A program made the translations under genes and the position numbers. A stretch of DNA of 64,000 nt. Source: Pocillopora damicornis. Taxonomy: Eukaryota. Position 1 is the stretch's first letter; each line of letters begins with the position of its first letter. This document shows positions 40,357 through 54,776 of the stretch, one piece after another. Where the stretch lies: NCBI RefSeq assembly GCF_003704095.1, contig NW_020844976.1:124001-188000 (forward strand), read 5' to 3'. Under the pieces are notes generated by a model that worked only from the letters and a program-made list of their open reading frames with translations, searched no databases and was not told where the DNA came from.

Positions 40357-40398
40357 GTACTACTATTGTGGTACTACTATTGTGGTACTACTATTGTG
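40357..40398. repeat. 3 x 14-bp tandem repeat GTACTACTATTGTG
   Basis: Directly visible. A similar 14-bp triplication (AAATCTAATTTTCC) lies at ~42887-42926. Confidence 0.85.
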
Positions 40399-41176
40399 TT
40401 CCCACTGTTAACGTGGGTTTGTCGTGAGTTTGCTGACTTATTTCATTCTTTATCGTGTTAAGAGGTAGATATTTCATAAATTACAGTCAAGAAAGCAGGA
40501 GGACAAATTTACGTGGAGAAATTATCTCAGTTCCGGGAAAAAAATATTGAACTACGTGCATTTAAACGCTTTACAATTTTTCGCGATCTCTATCTTAAAA
40601 AAAGTCATCAAATCAAATAGGTCAACATCCAAAGAAAACAGAGCGGTCCTTCAAAGCTTTCTCTCAGCGTTCTCAGTTGATTTCGCTACTAACAGTTTTG
40701 GTAATGTGAAGGTCACTCAAAAATTTTTTATCTTTGATCAGACAGCAACAACTACAACAACAAATTCATTGATCCTAAGACAGATTCTCTGTCTCTGTTA
40801 AGTTGAAATTTCGTATCGGTTGATCCTAAACTTCACAGATACAAAAATTTACACAAAGTGTTTATTTGTCTGCTAGACACCTAAGGATCCCAGCACTACA
40901 TACTGCACAACTGGGACATGCATTTCTGATGGACAGCTGACTATGCATTTTTAAGGGGTATCTGCTTTGCTCCTTTACGAGTGCACTCTTGACCTTTAGC
41001 CACCTTAAATTGATACAATGAACTTAACGCGTCATAGAATCTGTTAGCTCATTTACTTGTTTAAGCGACAGAAGTGTAAACGTGACTAGTGGCTTGAAGG
41101 AAGCATTTAGAGAAATGTGTTCAACGGCCATATTGGCACGACGTAGAGGTTAAATTTAACACTTGAACATCACAGC

Positions 41177-44100
41177 ATGATAGCGTATACATCGTTATTT
41201 GCTATGATTTTTGTCGGCGGTCTCATAGTTTCTGTTCTCGCTCAGATCCGGAAAAAACGTCGAAGCAAATTTCACACTGTACGGAGTTTACTGATCCACT
41301 ACTTTATCAATCGCTTTGTGTATCTCTTGGGAGCTAAAGCAAGAAGACGCCTGGAAAAAGACACAAAAAGTTTTCCTCAAGTTCAAGAAACATTTTTGTT
41401 GAACATTCTCAGGAAAAACTCAAAGACTAAATATGGCAGAGAATTCAAGTTTCAAGAAATAAGGAGCTGCCGGGATTTTACTGATGTTCATCCCATCACC
41501 AAGTATGATCACTACAAACCATTTGTGGGTAAGTGGAAAGATGAACGAAATATGAAGCCGGGTAAAAGAACAGTCTGCATGTGACGACTGTAATAGCTTA
41601 AGGCATATACAGGTTTGCGCTTATCGGTTAGTAATCACGAATTTGTCACTGACCACTCCCAAGTTAAAGAGGCAAGACCTTGAAGCTGATTTTATCCAGC
41701 AGTGATCATTCATAGAAAATAGATTCGCGTTATCTTGCTAGGCGTAATATTGAATAGAGTAATATATACGCAAAAAAAGAATGATTTGAAATATTCAAAT
41801 AATTTATTTTGGTGAAGAAATAAAAAAACAAACTGATGTTTTTGTCTGGTTACAGAAATAAATCAAACCTCTGGAGAACGTTCTTGGATAACTTAAACTC
41901 TGAAATACGGATAAGCCATTGATACTGGTCAATACAGAGATTAATATTTGTTTCATTCGTTGATCTGTTCCTTTCTGACGAGCATCTTGCGCCAAAAGTT
42001 TTTAATCATTTCACAACAGCAATTCATATTGATATTTTCTGAAAAAATGAAAAAGATAAGGATTGTTTTCTATTGTTTTTGTGGCTTCTTCCAGCTTTGA
42101 AGAGCACGGAAAAGATAGATAAGAAAACAGGAATTCTCTAACTTGTAAAATTTTCGATGAAACCTTACTTTATCCCTAAAAGCAGAATTTGAGATACAAT
42201 TTTAGGATAATTTGGTATTCGCGCTAGGACAATAAGATTTTATGCCTGAGAGTTCTTTATTGAATATCAAAAAACCTCTTCCGTAACTCATCAAAGTAAA
42301 TGTTTTAACCAAGTTTATAAATTTAATTTTCACCATAGATGAAATTTATCGAGGAAAGACGAATGTACTGACCAATCAAGATCCTTGGATGTTGGCGGTA
42401 ACATCCGGAACAACAGGAAGAAGCTGTCTTATTCCCAAGACACGAAACAATTCTCGAGTATTCGTGGAATACGGATTCTCCGTGGGACTTTACCACACTT
42501 TGTTTAACGTTCTACCCCTGGTGAGCAGAAGTAATCGTTAAATGAGATTAAAACATTGCCACACAGGATGGAAAGAATAACATAAAATCCTTCTTTTTGC
42601 GGTCCCTCAAGTGTTCCTGTGTTGCTTCAACGGAGTTTTTTTTACGTCAGGTTAAGAATTATCCTTTTTTGTGTGCTTAGCTTTCATGACCTCGATCTCC
42701 ATTTAGGAATCGCAACAGAAAGCAGTCATACGCCGCGTATGGCGATATTGGCAATAGATAGAGCTTTAGAACACGAGATTAGCACGAAAAGCTAAGGGTT
42801 ATGCAAGTGTGGGTAGTCATGTGAACCACAAGCAATTATGGTGCGGGTAGAAATTTCTAGAATTTTTATCTCTAATTTTACATTTAAAATCTAATTTTCC
42901 AAATCTAATTTTCCAAATCTAATTTCACAACTGACAACTGCATTATTAATGACTAATTTAATGGCATCTGAGCGATCAATACGCCAAGGGCACGCAATTT
43001 ATCAGCATGGCAGGCCGCACGGGCTTGAATTTCTGTACTCAGAATGTCCTGACCAAGTCAGGCGGCCGTGGCCGATTAATCTCTCTTTACCAGAAACCCT
43101 GTAACATGATTCATCTTTCCTTAGGCGGACAGCTTACAGAAGTCTCTTAAACTGTTTCACGCTCCTCAAGTAAGATGCTCAGAAGGAGGGATTCCAATAG
43201 GACCTTCAACTTTAGCGCCTTCATTACAGCTCCACGCCCTGTCCACTCCCCGAGTGCACCTTGACGTCCCGTCTGAGCCCGCTGGACTTTATATTCACGT
43301 CTTGTTTGCACTGAGAGATAGAGACCTGGGTGCGATTCTGGGCAATTTTGCGTTTTGGATTCACGGGGTTTTCGTCTTCCTTGAGAGAAACTGGAAATTA
43401 TTGGTGCAAGACTTGGAGAAAGGTGAAATCAATATGGATCTTGACATAACAGATGGAGTTCGAAAGTAAGTATTATGAATTCAACCCAAACGTTCCCTCA
43501 GAATATCAACTACTTTTTTGTTGTTGTGTGATCATAACTGATTGTATCTTCTTTGTCTGCCTCTTATTTCCAAGAGAGCTAAATAAGCTGCTAAAGCCAG
43601 ATAAACAACGAGCAAATGAACTAAGGGTGGAGTTTCAGAAGGGCTTTGATGGAATCGCCAGGAGAATTTGGCCACACCTTGCATATGTTCATGGAGTAGT
43701 GTCAGGTGAGTTCTCGTCACAATATTGTCGCATGTTTCGAAAATATCAGCTTAAATTACTTACGCTTGTCAAGTTTTAACCATATGAATGATATTTGTAT
43801 AAAAAAGAATCCTGCTATTGCAACCATCATTGGGCCATCAAAATTTGACACCATTAACGGAGTATCAGCTTTCCTCACATCTGTTATTTGTTAAGTCACA
43901 CAGCGCACTCCCCCCCCCCCCCTCCCCTCGGAAAAAGGTTTTTGAAGGAAGGGCTGGTGCCTAACATTACAAAGAACAACTACAATGGAGAGTAACGATG
44001 TGGTTTAGAGAGCAAAAGACTGGACTTATCCTGTTTGGGGCATAAAACTTGGACGCATGTAGGAGGGGGATGCAGTCGTAGGGCGTAAGGAAAGACTTGC

Positions 44101-46531
44101 AGCATGTTTTGCACATCAAAAAAAGAGAAAATTTCCATGCTGCATCTTCTTCCCTTTAAGGTTCTTCTGAACTTTATGCCACGCAGTTACGGGAGCGCTA
44201 TCTCAAGGGTGTGGCACTGTGTTCCACCATATATGGAGCAACTGAAGGATTGATTGGAGTGAACTTATGGCCACTGAACTCGGAACTTTGCTATCTCCTT
44301 GTACCTCGCTCAATGTTCTTTGAGTTCATACCACTGGAGCATACTCACGAAGAACAACCGAAGGTATTTGAAAGAGCTATCTTGTTTCTCACGTTCAAGC
44401 AACGAAATGTCACTTGATTTCAGAATAAACATAACCGCTCAAAAAGAACGTCCATGAACAAACGAACCCAGAGATCGCTAGCACTTCATATATTCTGACA
44501 AGTTAGGCAAGACAGGCCGGTTATTAAAACGTATTTGCTTCATCTTGCTTTGTGATTGGTCCAGAAAACTTGTGCCATCTTCTCAACCAATGAGACGCCA
44601 GACGAACATCACTTGTGACCTAATCACCAGTGTTTTCCCGCGCTTTTGGTTGTTTGCCCGACTGTTTTAGCTTTGAGTTCTTAATGGCTTATAATTATAT
44701 TTTTATTCGTTACAATTGGCCGCAGCGATTATTTTGGTTTCGGCTTTTTGACAGTCAATTTATAATTGCTCTTAAATTTTTCCAGTGTTAGTCAAAAGTC
44801 TACTTTCCAGCGTTCATAAAAGCCGACGTTTTGAAATGTTTGGCTAACTTTAGGACCATTAAGAATGTTTTTTTTTTAAATAAAGACTAGCTGGCAGCCA
44901 CGTGCTATAAAGACTGAACAATTTCCGTTACAGCCTTGTTAAAGTGGTTTTTTTTTTTTAAATGGGCATACTGTTGTGATATGATCCCATTTGTGAATGT
45001 ACTTCTCCCATGAAACGACAAAATTGTCATCTCTAGTGACAATTATTCCGGATCTCCTTTACTTAGGTCATTCTTTCTATCACTCATCCTTAAAGTTGAT
45101 GGGATATCACACACCGCCCCCTTCCCCTGAAAAGAAACGTTAGTTTATCCCTGGTGGTGTAATGCATGACATTCCAAACAACGGCTACGAAGAGACAGTT
45201 TAGCCATGCACATGTCATATTTTTTACAGACGCTGTTTGGTGATGAAATCGAACCCGGTTGCTTATACGAACTAGTGGTAACCACACTGAGCGGTTTGTA
45301 CCGTTACAGGATTGGAGATGTGGTGAAAGTTGTCCGTTTTTACAACAATTGCCCGGTGGTAGAGTTTCAGTACAGACAAGGTCAGCTATTAAACATGCGC
45401 TCGGAGAAAACGACTGAGACGATGATGTACGAGGCAATTACGAATGTGCTCCGAGGGAAAGGCGAGAAATTTAACCTCGTGGATTACACATGCGCAGAGA
45501 GCATTCTGTTGGATTTTATCCCAACGAAGATGGATTTCGTTAAGGAAAATATTGGCCAGGGTAAAAACAACAACCACAAATGCAAGGCTGACTTCGATGA
45601 TGTTAAGCCATTCTACATAATTTTCTTGGAGCTTAGTGCAACGCGAGACCCAGAAGAGAATAGGCTGCTTTCACAGGAGGTAAGAATCAAAGCTATCTCT
45701 TTGTCTCCTCACCTCTTCTGGTAGGAACTGTAGTTATAAAATTTGAACTGCTGAGGAAGATGCTACCACAGGGATAGGTAGATGAACGAGGTCCAGAGCT
45801 TTCAACACCATCATTATCGCTATGATCGTTATCGTTAGCACTCTCATTATAAATTTCTCCATTATTATTTTTACACCATTGTCATTACACTCTTATCATA
45901 GCGTCATCTTGACCGTTGTAAATAAAGCAAACTTCCGATGTTGTCAAAAAACTAAAAACCATAATAAACACAAAGGCCAATCAGAACAAAGCTTGCTTTC
46001 ATCATTAGCCAATGAGAACTCAGAGTAAAACCAGGTAAACTGCATAAGACGCAGGAAAACGTGGGTGACCAAATCGAGATTTATTTCAGTTTTACATCTG
46101 ACTTGTTGAGAAGATGGCACACGTTTTCTTGACCAATCACAGAGATAATTTCAGTAAAACAATCTGAATCCAGGATAACTATCGTCACCTAATTAGTTAC
46201 TACTCGAACACATAATCGCGTTTGTGTAATTCAGCCTCGCATTTATGTCTGTTGCCTTTTTAAAACTGTCACTGATTTTTCCTTTTAGTTGGACCACGCC
46301 CTTTGTGAGGTGAATCCATTTTATCTCATTCGTCGTGAAAATGGCGGCTGTATTGACAGACTCAAAGTTTGTTTGGTCCAACCAGGTACGTTCAAGAAAT
46401 TTCGCGACTTTCTACTCAAAGTCACACCAACAGCTGTCAACCAACTGAAGATTCCGCGGAAACTGACGTCGAAAGAACAACTGATGTTCTTTTGCGAGAA
46501 TTCTGGCCACAGAGCACGTTTAAATAATTAG
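41177..46531 (+). CDS. GHDC: GH3 domain-containing protein (adenylate-forming GH3 acyl-amido synthetase family), 7 exons, about 633 aa
   Basis: Exons 41177-41528, 42339-42520, 43125-43465, 43575-43705, 44161-44363, 45230-45679 and 46289-46531 join in frame. ATP-binding motifs TSGTTG, YGATEG and LYRYRIGD are present, as are a C-terminal QLKIPR and an N-terminal hydrophobic segment. Confidence 0.9.
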
Positions 46532-47176
46532 CAAACTTCGAGAAAAGCGCTATGATTAGAGCGCAGTTCAATTGAGTATCAAAATAGACCCCCCTGTTAT
46601 CGCTTCCGCTAATCAGAAGTGAGGAAGATATTGAAAGGAACCAATAAGAGTCCAAAGTAAACACGTTGCGGGTTTTCTAAACCAATCACAAAGCAAAAGA
46701 AAGCAAAACCTATGAAAACCTGGAATAATTTTGACACTCGGTTGAAAACCGTTCTATTTATAGCAAAACAAATCCAGAACGAAAAGAGTAAAGAGCCAAT
46801 ACTCTAACCAGTTTTCTCCACGGAGAACATACGAAAAACGAAGACTAAAGGGCAAATCAGTCACGGTGGAGAAAACACTATTTATTTCCGTGAGTAACTT
46901 CTATTATTGCAGCGACAATATAGTGTCCTATGGTATCATTAACAACATACCAATATTATTTAACATATCACAGGACATATCGCATCGTTCAGTATCTATC
47001 ATTTTACTATCCCATAGTTTTGGTTCCTCACTCAGGAGTTCATCACACTATATTAGTCACAAGGGTAAGATATTTGTTTAATTGCATACATTTTTTGGAT
47101 ATCATATCATCAAATTATTTTTTGGCGCTCGCTTGAGTAAAGCACCGTGTACAACTTAAAACGTATATTAATTACG

Positions 47177-47293
47177 TTTTATCAACTGAGTTGATACTGT
47201 AAATTGATCACCGTAAAGAGTTTCAAAGCTGATGTTTTGAGCGTTAGCCCTTCGTCAAAGCAGATTTTTTATTATCAACTCAGTTGATAAAAC
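47177..47293 (-). mobile_element. Degenerate Penelope-type terminal remnant with a decayed hammerhead motif
   Basis: The minus strand reads tTGACGAagggctaacgctcaAAAcatcagc...tttacggtgatcaattta, homologous to 32640-32720. It is flanked by inverted TATCAACTGAGTTGATA/TATCAACTCAGTTGATA. Confidence 0.65.
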
Positions 47294-47854
47294 CAAATCA
47301 TTTATAACATAGCTATTTATAATGCAGTTTCCATACCCAGAAAATTAAAATTGAACATGCTCCATGAGATAACACAGCTGACACAATATTTTCCTGCTAG
47401 AGATTCCCCTTTTCTCTGCAAATTATTATAAATTGTGCTGCTTGGGTGAAAAAATGCCTAACTGATTAAGTTAACAAGCTATTTTGTTATTTTCATAAAA
47501 ATTTAGAAATTTTTTATTTTAGGAAACTTCCCCAGAATTGAAAGGCTCTTAACAGAAAAATGCAATGTAGGCAAAATAATAATAATGATAATGATAATAA
47601 TAAGTTGATGTACGTAATAAATTATAATAAAAATAATTACCTGACAAAAAGAGTTTGATGGGTCCTTTCTGCTCAACCTTGCCTGTAATAAATACTTTCC
47701 CAATACAATAGTATGATGACAATGTCTTTAAAGTGATTTAATTCCTTAACTACAACATCTTTGCATGACAAGCTTGGATGATACCTTTTTGTCATTATCA
47801 GCATACTGACTGCATTACCAGCCAAGTACAATCACTAAATTGCTGCACCATTCA

Positions 47855-50800
47855 TCATTCCTGTAGCCCTGCATTCTTTTCTTCATCAATTTTTGCTTCA
47901 CTTTTCTCTTCTGGTGCTTTACCCTCCCCAGTCTCCTTTTCATTCTGCTCTGAAGATGATTGCGTCAACTCAGACAACCATGATGTCACAAATGAGCGTG
48001 CACTGTTAATAGCCCCACCTAAGAAAAAAAATAAAGAATCAAAATATCGTAACTTCCTAAACTCCTTTGATGTTTTCCTTAGTTCTGTCTCCCTGTCTCC
48101 CACTCATCCCCCAAGGACAACAAGGAGAGAACTCTGGGAACAAGTTTGTGCAATCCCTCTCCTCTAGAGGATCTAAAAACAAATACCTATCATACCTACG
48201 ACTTTGCTAGTTTCCACCACAGCATGACCAATCCTACGGCCTCTTTCTGTCTGCATAACACTACACAACAAACAGATACATATTGTACTTTAGAAAATTG
48301 GTAGACAACACTGTTTATAATTTCTGAACTTTAATTAAAAGCATTCCTTTGTGACACGCACTTGAAATAAAAATACAAACAACAACAACCAGTTTAAAAT
48401 GGATTTAATAGGCTAACATCTTACTTAGAGAGTCTGATTTTAATGTCTGCTAGTCCCATCTGTCCTTGAAAAGGATGTCTGTCAAGAAAATGGTGTTAAA
48501 CTGTTACTACAATTTAGGGTTTGCAATGAAAAGCAAACTTTGGAAATGCCATGTACTTTACCCAGCATGTACATCATCAATCCCTGTGTGTTCTTTTCCT
48601 CTCCACACTTGATAGTTTGTAGTTTGTTTCCAGGCCTCTATGAACTTCTCATTGTAGTTTGCCATCCCATCACCCCCTGCAAATAGTGGAGTATCAGACG
48701 AGTGCTCCCACATTAGAAGCAAAGCCATACACAGGATCACAAACCTGTGTGTTGAATGGTTGATAACAATGACAGAAGATACAATTTGAACTGGGCTCTG
48801 ATCCACTCATCACTACCATCCCAGCCTAAGGAATACAAGAAAAAAAAAATTAAAACTGGACTCTGATCAAGAAAAACAAAATTTCTTGGCAAGTTCCTGA
48901 CATTGTAATAAATCAACAAGATAGGTTACTCTCTGGGTAAGTTTCAACAATAAGTGAAATAGAAGCAAAAGTGTTTACTTCAGTTCCAAAGATGTAATGT
49001 AAAAGAAACTGACTGAAATGTCGTAAGTTTTCCTGGAAAATTTTTCAACTGAATCACACTGATGAAGGCTAAACGATTCTGTCAAAATATTTTCCAAAAA
49101 AAAACCAACCATGTTCCAGTCAGTTTCTCCTTAACTAAGTGAAACGATAATATTATTTGTCCAAATCTGAAGAGATAGTAACCTAATTCTGTGAGGGATT
49201 AACACTGTGCATATAGACGTAACAAATATTTATCCCACCAATAGTCATTAAAAAGCAAAAATGAGTTTCCTTGACAACATGTGAGGTTAGTGCTCATATT
49301 CCCCCCCTGTCGTCTTTCCTAGGGTTGCAAAGAGGCATCACCAATATTGAGGTGGCAACTGAGGAAGTTTCAGCTCCTAACTCTCTCCACTGGGTTTAAA
49401 TAAACCAACAAACGGAATGTTTATTCTGCTTGAAACATTTTTTAAGTGGAGTACAGTTCAAATGTATAAGAAATATGAGCACAAGTCAACTATTCAGATA
49501 GAAAAAATCCCTTTCATCAATTTTGTTAGAACCTTTTGTTCTGTTCCTTTCCTAAAAATATTTACCACATTGAGACAATTTTTCTCTCATTGTCAATGGT
49601 AGTGATGAATTATATATACACACAATCAAAACTAAAAATAAATTAATTCTATCAAGGTCAAAATCACTGCAATTAACCTGCTTCTTGTTGGCCTTTCTCA
49701 GCATAATCATCAACGTGATGAATTAGATAGTCTGCAAACCTCAGGTCAGCAGTTGATAATGACAACTGTTCATTTAGTTCAGGATCATGAATTTCAATTG
49801 TACTACTCTCCAGCTGTTGTCAAAAACAAACTTATAGATTAACAAACAAATGTAAATTCACTATTTTGTCCTTTTCCCTGCAATACACAAACATTTTCAG
49901 GTAACCCTGGAACTCCCAAGATCTGATTGTTAATCCTTCCCTCCAATTGCTAACCATTAATCTTATATATTGCTCGATCAAGAAAACAACCTCTACCTGA
50001 TACATTTGAATATTCTCATTACCTATTTGCTAGACAATGTATGGATATCATAGGGATAAGTTAAATGTTAATCCTTTTGGGAGTTAAAATAAACAGGAAG
50101 AACCATTTTGTAATCATCCATTGTAGAATGGACTGCAGATAGCCTTAAGCAATTCATATTGAAGTGTTTGTGATAGAAACTTAGTAGATTTATACTAATA
50201 TGTGATAGCTCCTTTGTACTCACATCCACCAAAACATCTGATAATCCTTTTTGCCGTTTGTACAAATAATTTGATGCCCCAACCACAAAACTTCTGACAT
50301 GAGAACTCTTCAACAGTTCCATTTGTTGCAAAGATAAATAGGGATGAAACAAAGAGTTCTATGAGGAAAATAAAATGAGTTGTAGAAATATCCACACCAC
50401 ATTGTAAGATGGTAATGCTGTTGTAACATAAAATGTTGTGTATTTTATGGGAGTTCATTTGTTCTTCACTGTCTCGAACTAAAAGAATAATATCTAAACC
50501 TTTTAGAGCAGTCAGGTGAAAATGAAGAAATGTCTTTTTTTAAGAAACAGTAGAAATCATCATCATTTTTTAAGGAATTAAATAACATTGAACAGTGAAT
50601 CCTTAGCGGGTGATACAATATTAAGCAGTATTTATTTGACTCACTTTTGTAAAGATTGCTAAAGGAAATCCAAATAAATCCACTGATAGCTGTTCATATT
50701 CATGGACATGAATATCCTGTTTCAGTGTAAAACAAAAATAAAAACTTACTTAACTTGAAATTACCTGGTCAGTTAATTACTGGGTCATACATTAGTAATA

Positions 50801-53800
50801 AAATTATTTCATGCATTCCTCTATGGATTCTTAAAACTCTTAGTTAACCATTATGCAGTGTACCCACACACCTGGAAATCTGTCATGAACTTCATTCCCA
50901 ACATATATTTTTAAATCTTTTTTTCATTACTTTCTGTTTAAGAACTCCAAACATACTTGCAGGTGTATAATATCTGCAACTTTTGAGCACCATTTTGCTG
51001 ATATGAGCAGATTATTGTAAGAACATTTTTCATAAATTTCCATATTTAAACAACATAAAAACAGGCAGGTTGCCCCCCTATGATCCTTTAAAAGAGGTAA
51101 CCATGAGAGAATGTTCTAAATAATGTGAATTAAAACATAGAGTTTAAAGGGAATCTCCAACATGAGACCAAAAGATGTAATAGCACAACAGAAATCTGGC
51201 TAGCCATCCTACTCTGACTGTTACAATTCAAAATGTTTATAATTTAATTATAAAACATACATACACTTTCTGACTTGTCCTCTTGAAAAATTTTTTCTCT
51301 GGTGACTGAATACACCAGACCACCCTGAATCATTCCTACAAAACACAAAAAACATGAATACTGACTTATGTTCTGTTCAGCATTGGAGGTTGAATGTGGG
51401 AGAAATAAGAATTATTGCCACAAAGTGCCTTGAATAAATAAGAAGTTTATCATTGAGTTGCAAGGGCAGCTTTCTTAGCCAAAAATAACCATCTAACATA
51501 CACTAAAGGTGGTAATTAAAACCACAATACCAACTTGCTATATCTTTATTATATTGAAATAGAAAAATAATCACTTCAGGCTTTTTCAGGCAACAGTTTC
51601 AGCACTTTATTATATTTATTGTACATGTCTGCCTGTGGTAAAGGTCAGATTCCTTTATGTAAAGTTCTAAAATGAGGCATCAAAAAGAAGAAAACATTTA
51701 AACTTTGAATATAGTTATGGTTTTCATAATTGAATACTAATTGAATGCTTACCTGGAAACAGAGAAACAAGTGAGAGAAGCTGTGAGCAAATGTTACTAA
51801 CTGGAAATCCATGAAAGATGACCTGTGATAAAGATGTGAAAAGTATACGTATGTTAACTTCAAATTACAATTGAAAAATCCTTATTAACAACATAATATC
51901 ACTGTGTCAAGTAGAAGAGAAGTATAGTGTATGTAATGAAAACATATAAATTTCTTTTAGAACTTCTTCAAGACATGGCATACAAAAGTTGTGCCTCACA
52001 TTGCTTGTAAATATTTTGTAATTTTCAGTCTGTTTCAGTTTGATACACTAAATACATCAAATATCACAGGACAATGCATGAGACAAAATTATATGAAAGT
52101 TAACCTCTCTAGTTTAAAACTTTGTGATCAATTATGCAAAAAACACACACCTTTCTTTCAAGGAGAAGCAGTTTAAAAAGAGCTAAAATCTGTAAAGTTG
52201 AAGAATATAATTTATTTTTTTAATTAAGTTTTTATGTTATATAAACTAATGAACCATTTTTTACTTCTTCTTTAGCTTAAGAATTCTGTTAATTAAACAT
52301 GTAAAGTAGTTTTTATGACAGAACTGCTTTTACTCACCCGATGTCTGAACTTTCTAACTAATTCTACAGCTGAAAAACCTAACAATAGGGAAAAAACAGT
52401 TACCAAAAAAACCCTGGAATTGTATAATCTATAACCTTGGCATGACACCATTACTTATGGTATGGTTTAATTGGGAAAATTTTATAACCACTATTCGTTA
52501 TTAATATAAAACCATGAAAAACTCACCAATGAATAGTAAAGATTCTTCTGATATCAGACTTGGTGAAACAGTCATGTTTAAATTTCTATATAGTTCCTGA
52601 AAACCCACACAATATAATTTTGAATTAAAAGAAACCGAGTTATTAGTGATAACAGGGAAAGATGTCAAAACAAAGCTTTCACAATTTGTTTCTAGTACAG
52701 TTGCGTCTGTGCGGATATCAAGTACCTCTAAAATTCCTGTTTGAGAGAAATCCTTTTCTTCAAAATAGAGTCTGGTAGCAACTTGCAGCTTTTCTCTTAG
52801 GTATCCATAAAGTGGCTGATAAAACAAGAAAAAATTATTTTAATAATTGTGGTTGTTTAATGTTTGTCTAGTTCTGTGATAAATTGTAAATTGAATTGTT
52901 ATTTTTCAATTATTGTCTTCATATTTCCAGTCTTTGTCAAGTAATGGAGTCTTACAATTGAATATCACCTTAAAAACAAAGATGATCTTCAAACAAATGA
53001 AAACTTTCAAGTTATTCTTCTAAGGATCTTTATCAATTAAGTTAGTGGCAGGAAGAAGATGATTATCAATTTTATGATAATCCTTACACTAGAACTACTT
53101 TTTGTAGGTTTATAAACTATCATTCTCATTAAATGTAAAATAAATGATTATAAATAATTATAAATAATTAGATATTAGTATAACCTAGAATATACTACCC
53201 CCTTCTTAAAAGGTTAAATATCTAATCTAACATATTTATTTTTTTCATTGTGTAGTGGTACATTTTGACCCCCACTGCTTGGTAATACTACATGTTCTGT
53301 ATTTGAGCTAGCCTACAAAGAATTTGCATTGTTGTGTTTTTTAGGCTACAAGTGGCAGGCACAAAGTGTTCTTGAGAGACAAGTTGCGTTTTGCATTCTC
53401 ACAGCACTTGTCTCTGCTTGCCTAGAAAAAGCAAAAATGACACTCAATCTGCAGGCTGAGTTGAAACAACAAGTTACCTTTCACTTAAGTAACTTGTGTA
53501 CTCACCAAGCAGGACAGGACACAAATACTCTTCTGTACAGTGCTTCTGGTCACATCCTCACTTTTAATTTTTAAGTCCTGTCAACATAAAATGAATTAGA
53601 AACCCTCATTCCAAATTCACAATAAACTCTGAAATGTCTCATTCCCATCTCTAATTTTTAGGAAGCAAAACATGGGCTGAACAAACACTTCATGTGTGCC
53701 CCCATCTGGCTAGGAAAAAAGTACAACAGCATTCTCTGTGAGTCTGAATATTCACTTTTATAACAATGCTTCCTCAAGTTATAATATTATTTGTGAAAAC

Positions 53801-54692
53801 TTCTGCTCATGTTGTTGGAACTCTGTTCTTGTCACCAAAGACAGCCCTTTTCAGATATATGCTAACATTGATAATAATATTTGTACATCATACCTATATA
53901 TGTACTTTGTTTATTCGCATAAGCCTTCCTTTAACTCATCATTATCTGAATTAGAGAAATGAATTATAACAACCTTACTATCAATCTGCTTGTAACAAGA
54001 AATTCCAAAAATAGTTGACTGTGGGTTCTGCCTATTGTCTGCTGTGCTGAGACTTGGTACATGGAAGAAAGTTGTGTCTACAAATTAATGAAAATCAGTA
54101 ACTTGATTAACAGAAGATTTTAGATATATGAAAATTCACATATTTGCACTGCGGTGGAAAGATGAAATTAGGAGATCCTCGCAGCTAAGAACACTACTGA
54201 AACGAGTAGTTGTAAATAGGACCTGATTGATTAACAGAGTTTTTAGGCTGCACATTTCTAGTATTGTAAATAAAACAGCCCGAGACTCAATGGATGGCTG
54301 TATAAGCGATGCTTGAAATGCGCGCTATAAATCACCACCAGACTAAATGAGGAGTTTTCTGGGATAATACCTTGCTCACAGTTATGGGCTCCATCTGGTA
54401 AAGCCAAAAACGGCAGAAATTTCCATTCACTCGGAAGTATTGAAGATTGAGAATTTCTTTGCTTTCCAAGCGGTGGATACAAAAACTCCACCTGCAATTT
54501 ATGGAAATATTAATCATAACGACGAAAACAGGGAAACAATGTCGTATTTTAGTACAGATTTTGGATGCTTCTCTTCAAAGCTGATACTTTCGAGCAAATA
54601 ATCGGGACCTATTTTACCTCGGATCCTCGCTGATGATGGAATCCGACCACCACGATATGCAGTATGGCCCTCTCTGGATCGTGGTCAGTCAT
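47855..54692 (-). CDS. AVL9: Late secretory pathway protein AVL9 homologue (DENN-related), many exons
   Basis: Exons read MTDHDPERAILHIVVVGFHHQRGSE | VEFLYPPL...LPSEWKFLPFLALPDGAHN | ...IFGISCYKQI | VTRSTVQKSICV | PLYGYLREKL...YFEEKDFSQ | ILALFKLLLLERK | FGFPLAIFTK | HPYLSLQQMELL | LSTADLRFADYL | WDGSDEWIRAQF ... stop at 47855. Confidence 0.93.
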
Positions 54693-54698
54693 GTTTAC

Positions 54699-54776
54699 AT
54701 TTCAGCTGATTCCCAGCTGTTGTTTATTGCGAGACAAGCTGTTTAAGAAGACCATCTTCATAAAGCCGCCATCTTG
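54699..54776 (-). promoter_or_regulatory. AVL9 core promoter/5' leader motifs (YY1-type plus TCAGCTGA)
   Basis: GCCGCCATCTTG at 54765-54776 (CAAGATGGCGGC on the minus strand) and ATTTCAGCTGATTCC at 54699-54713, just upstream of the ATG at 54692. Confidence 0.5.

Noticed and set aside
40357-40398. Short direct repeats as a possible CRISPR-like array
   Set aside because: Head-to-tail 14-mers without spacers in eukaryotic DNA; this is simple slippage.
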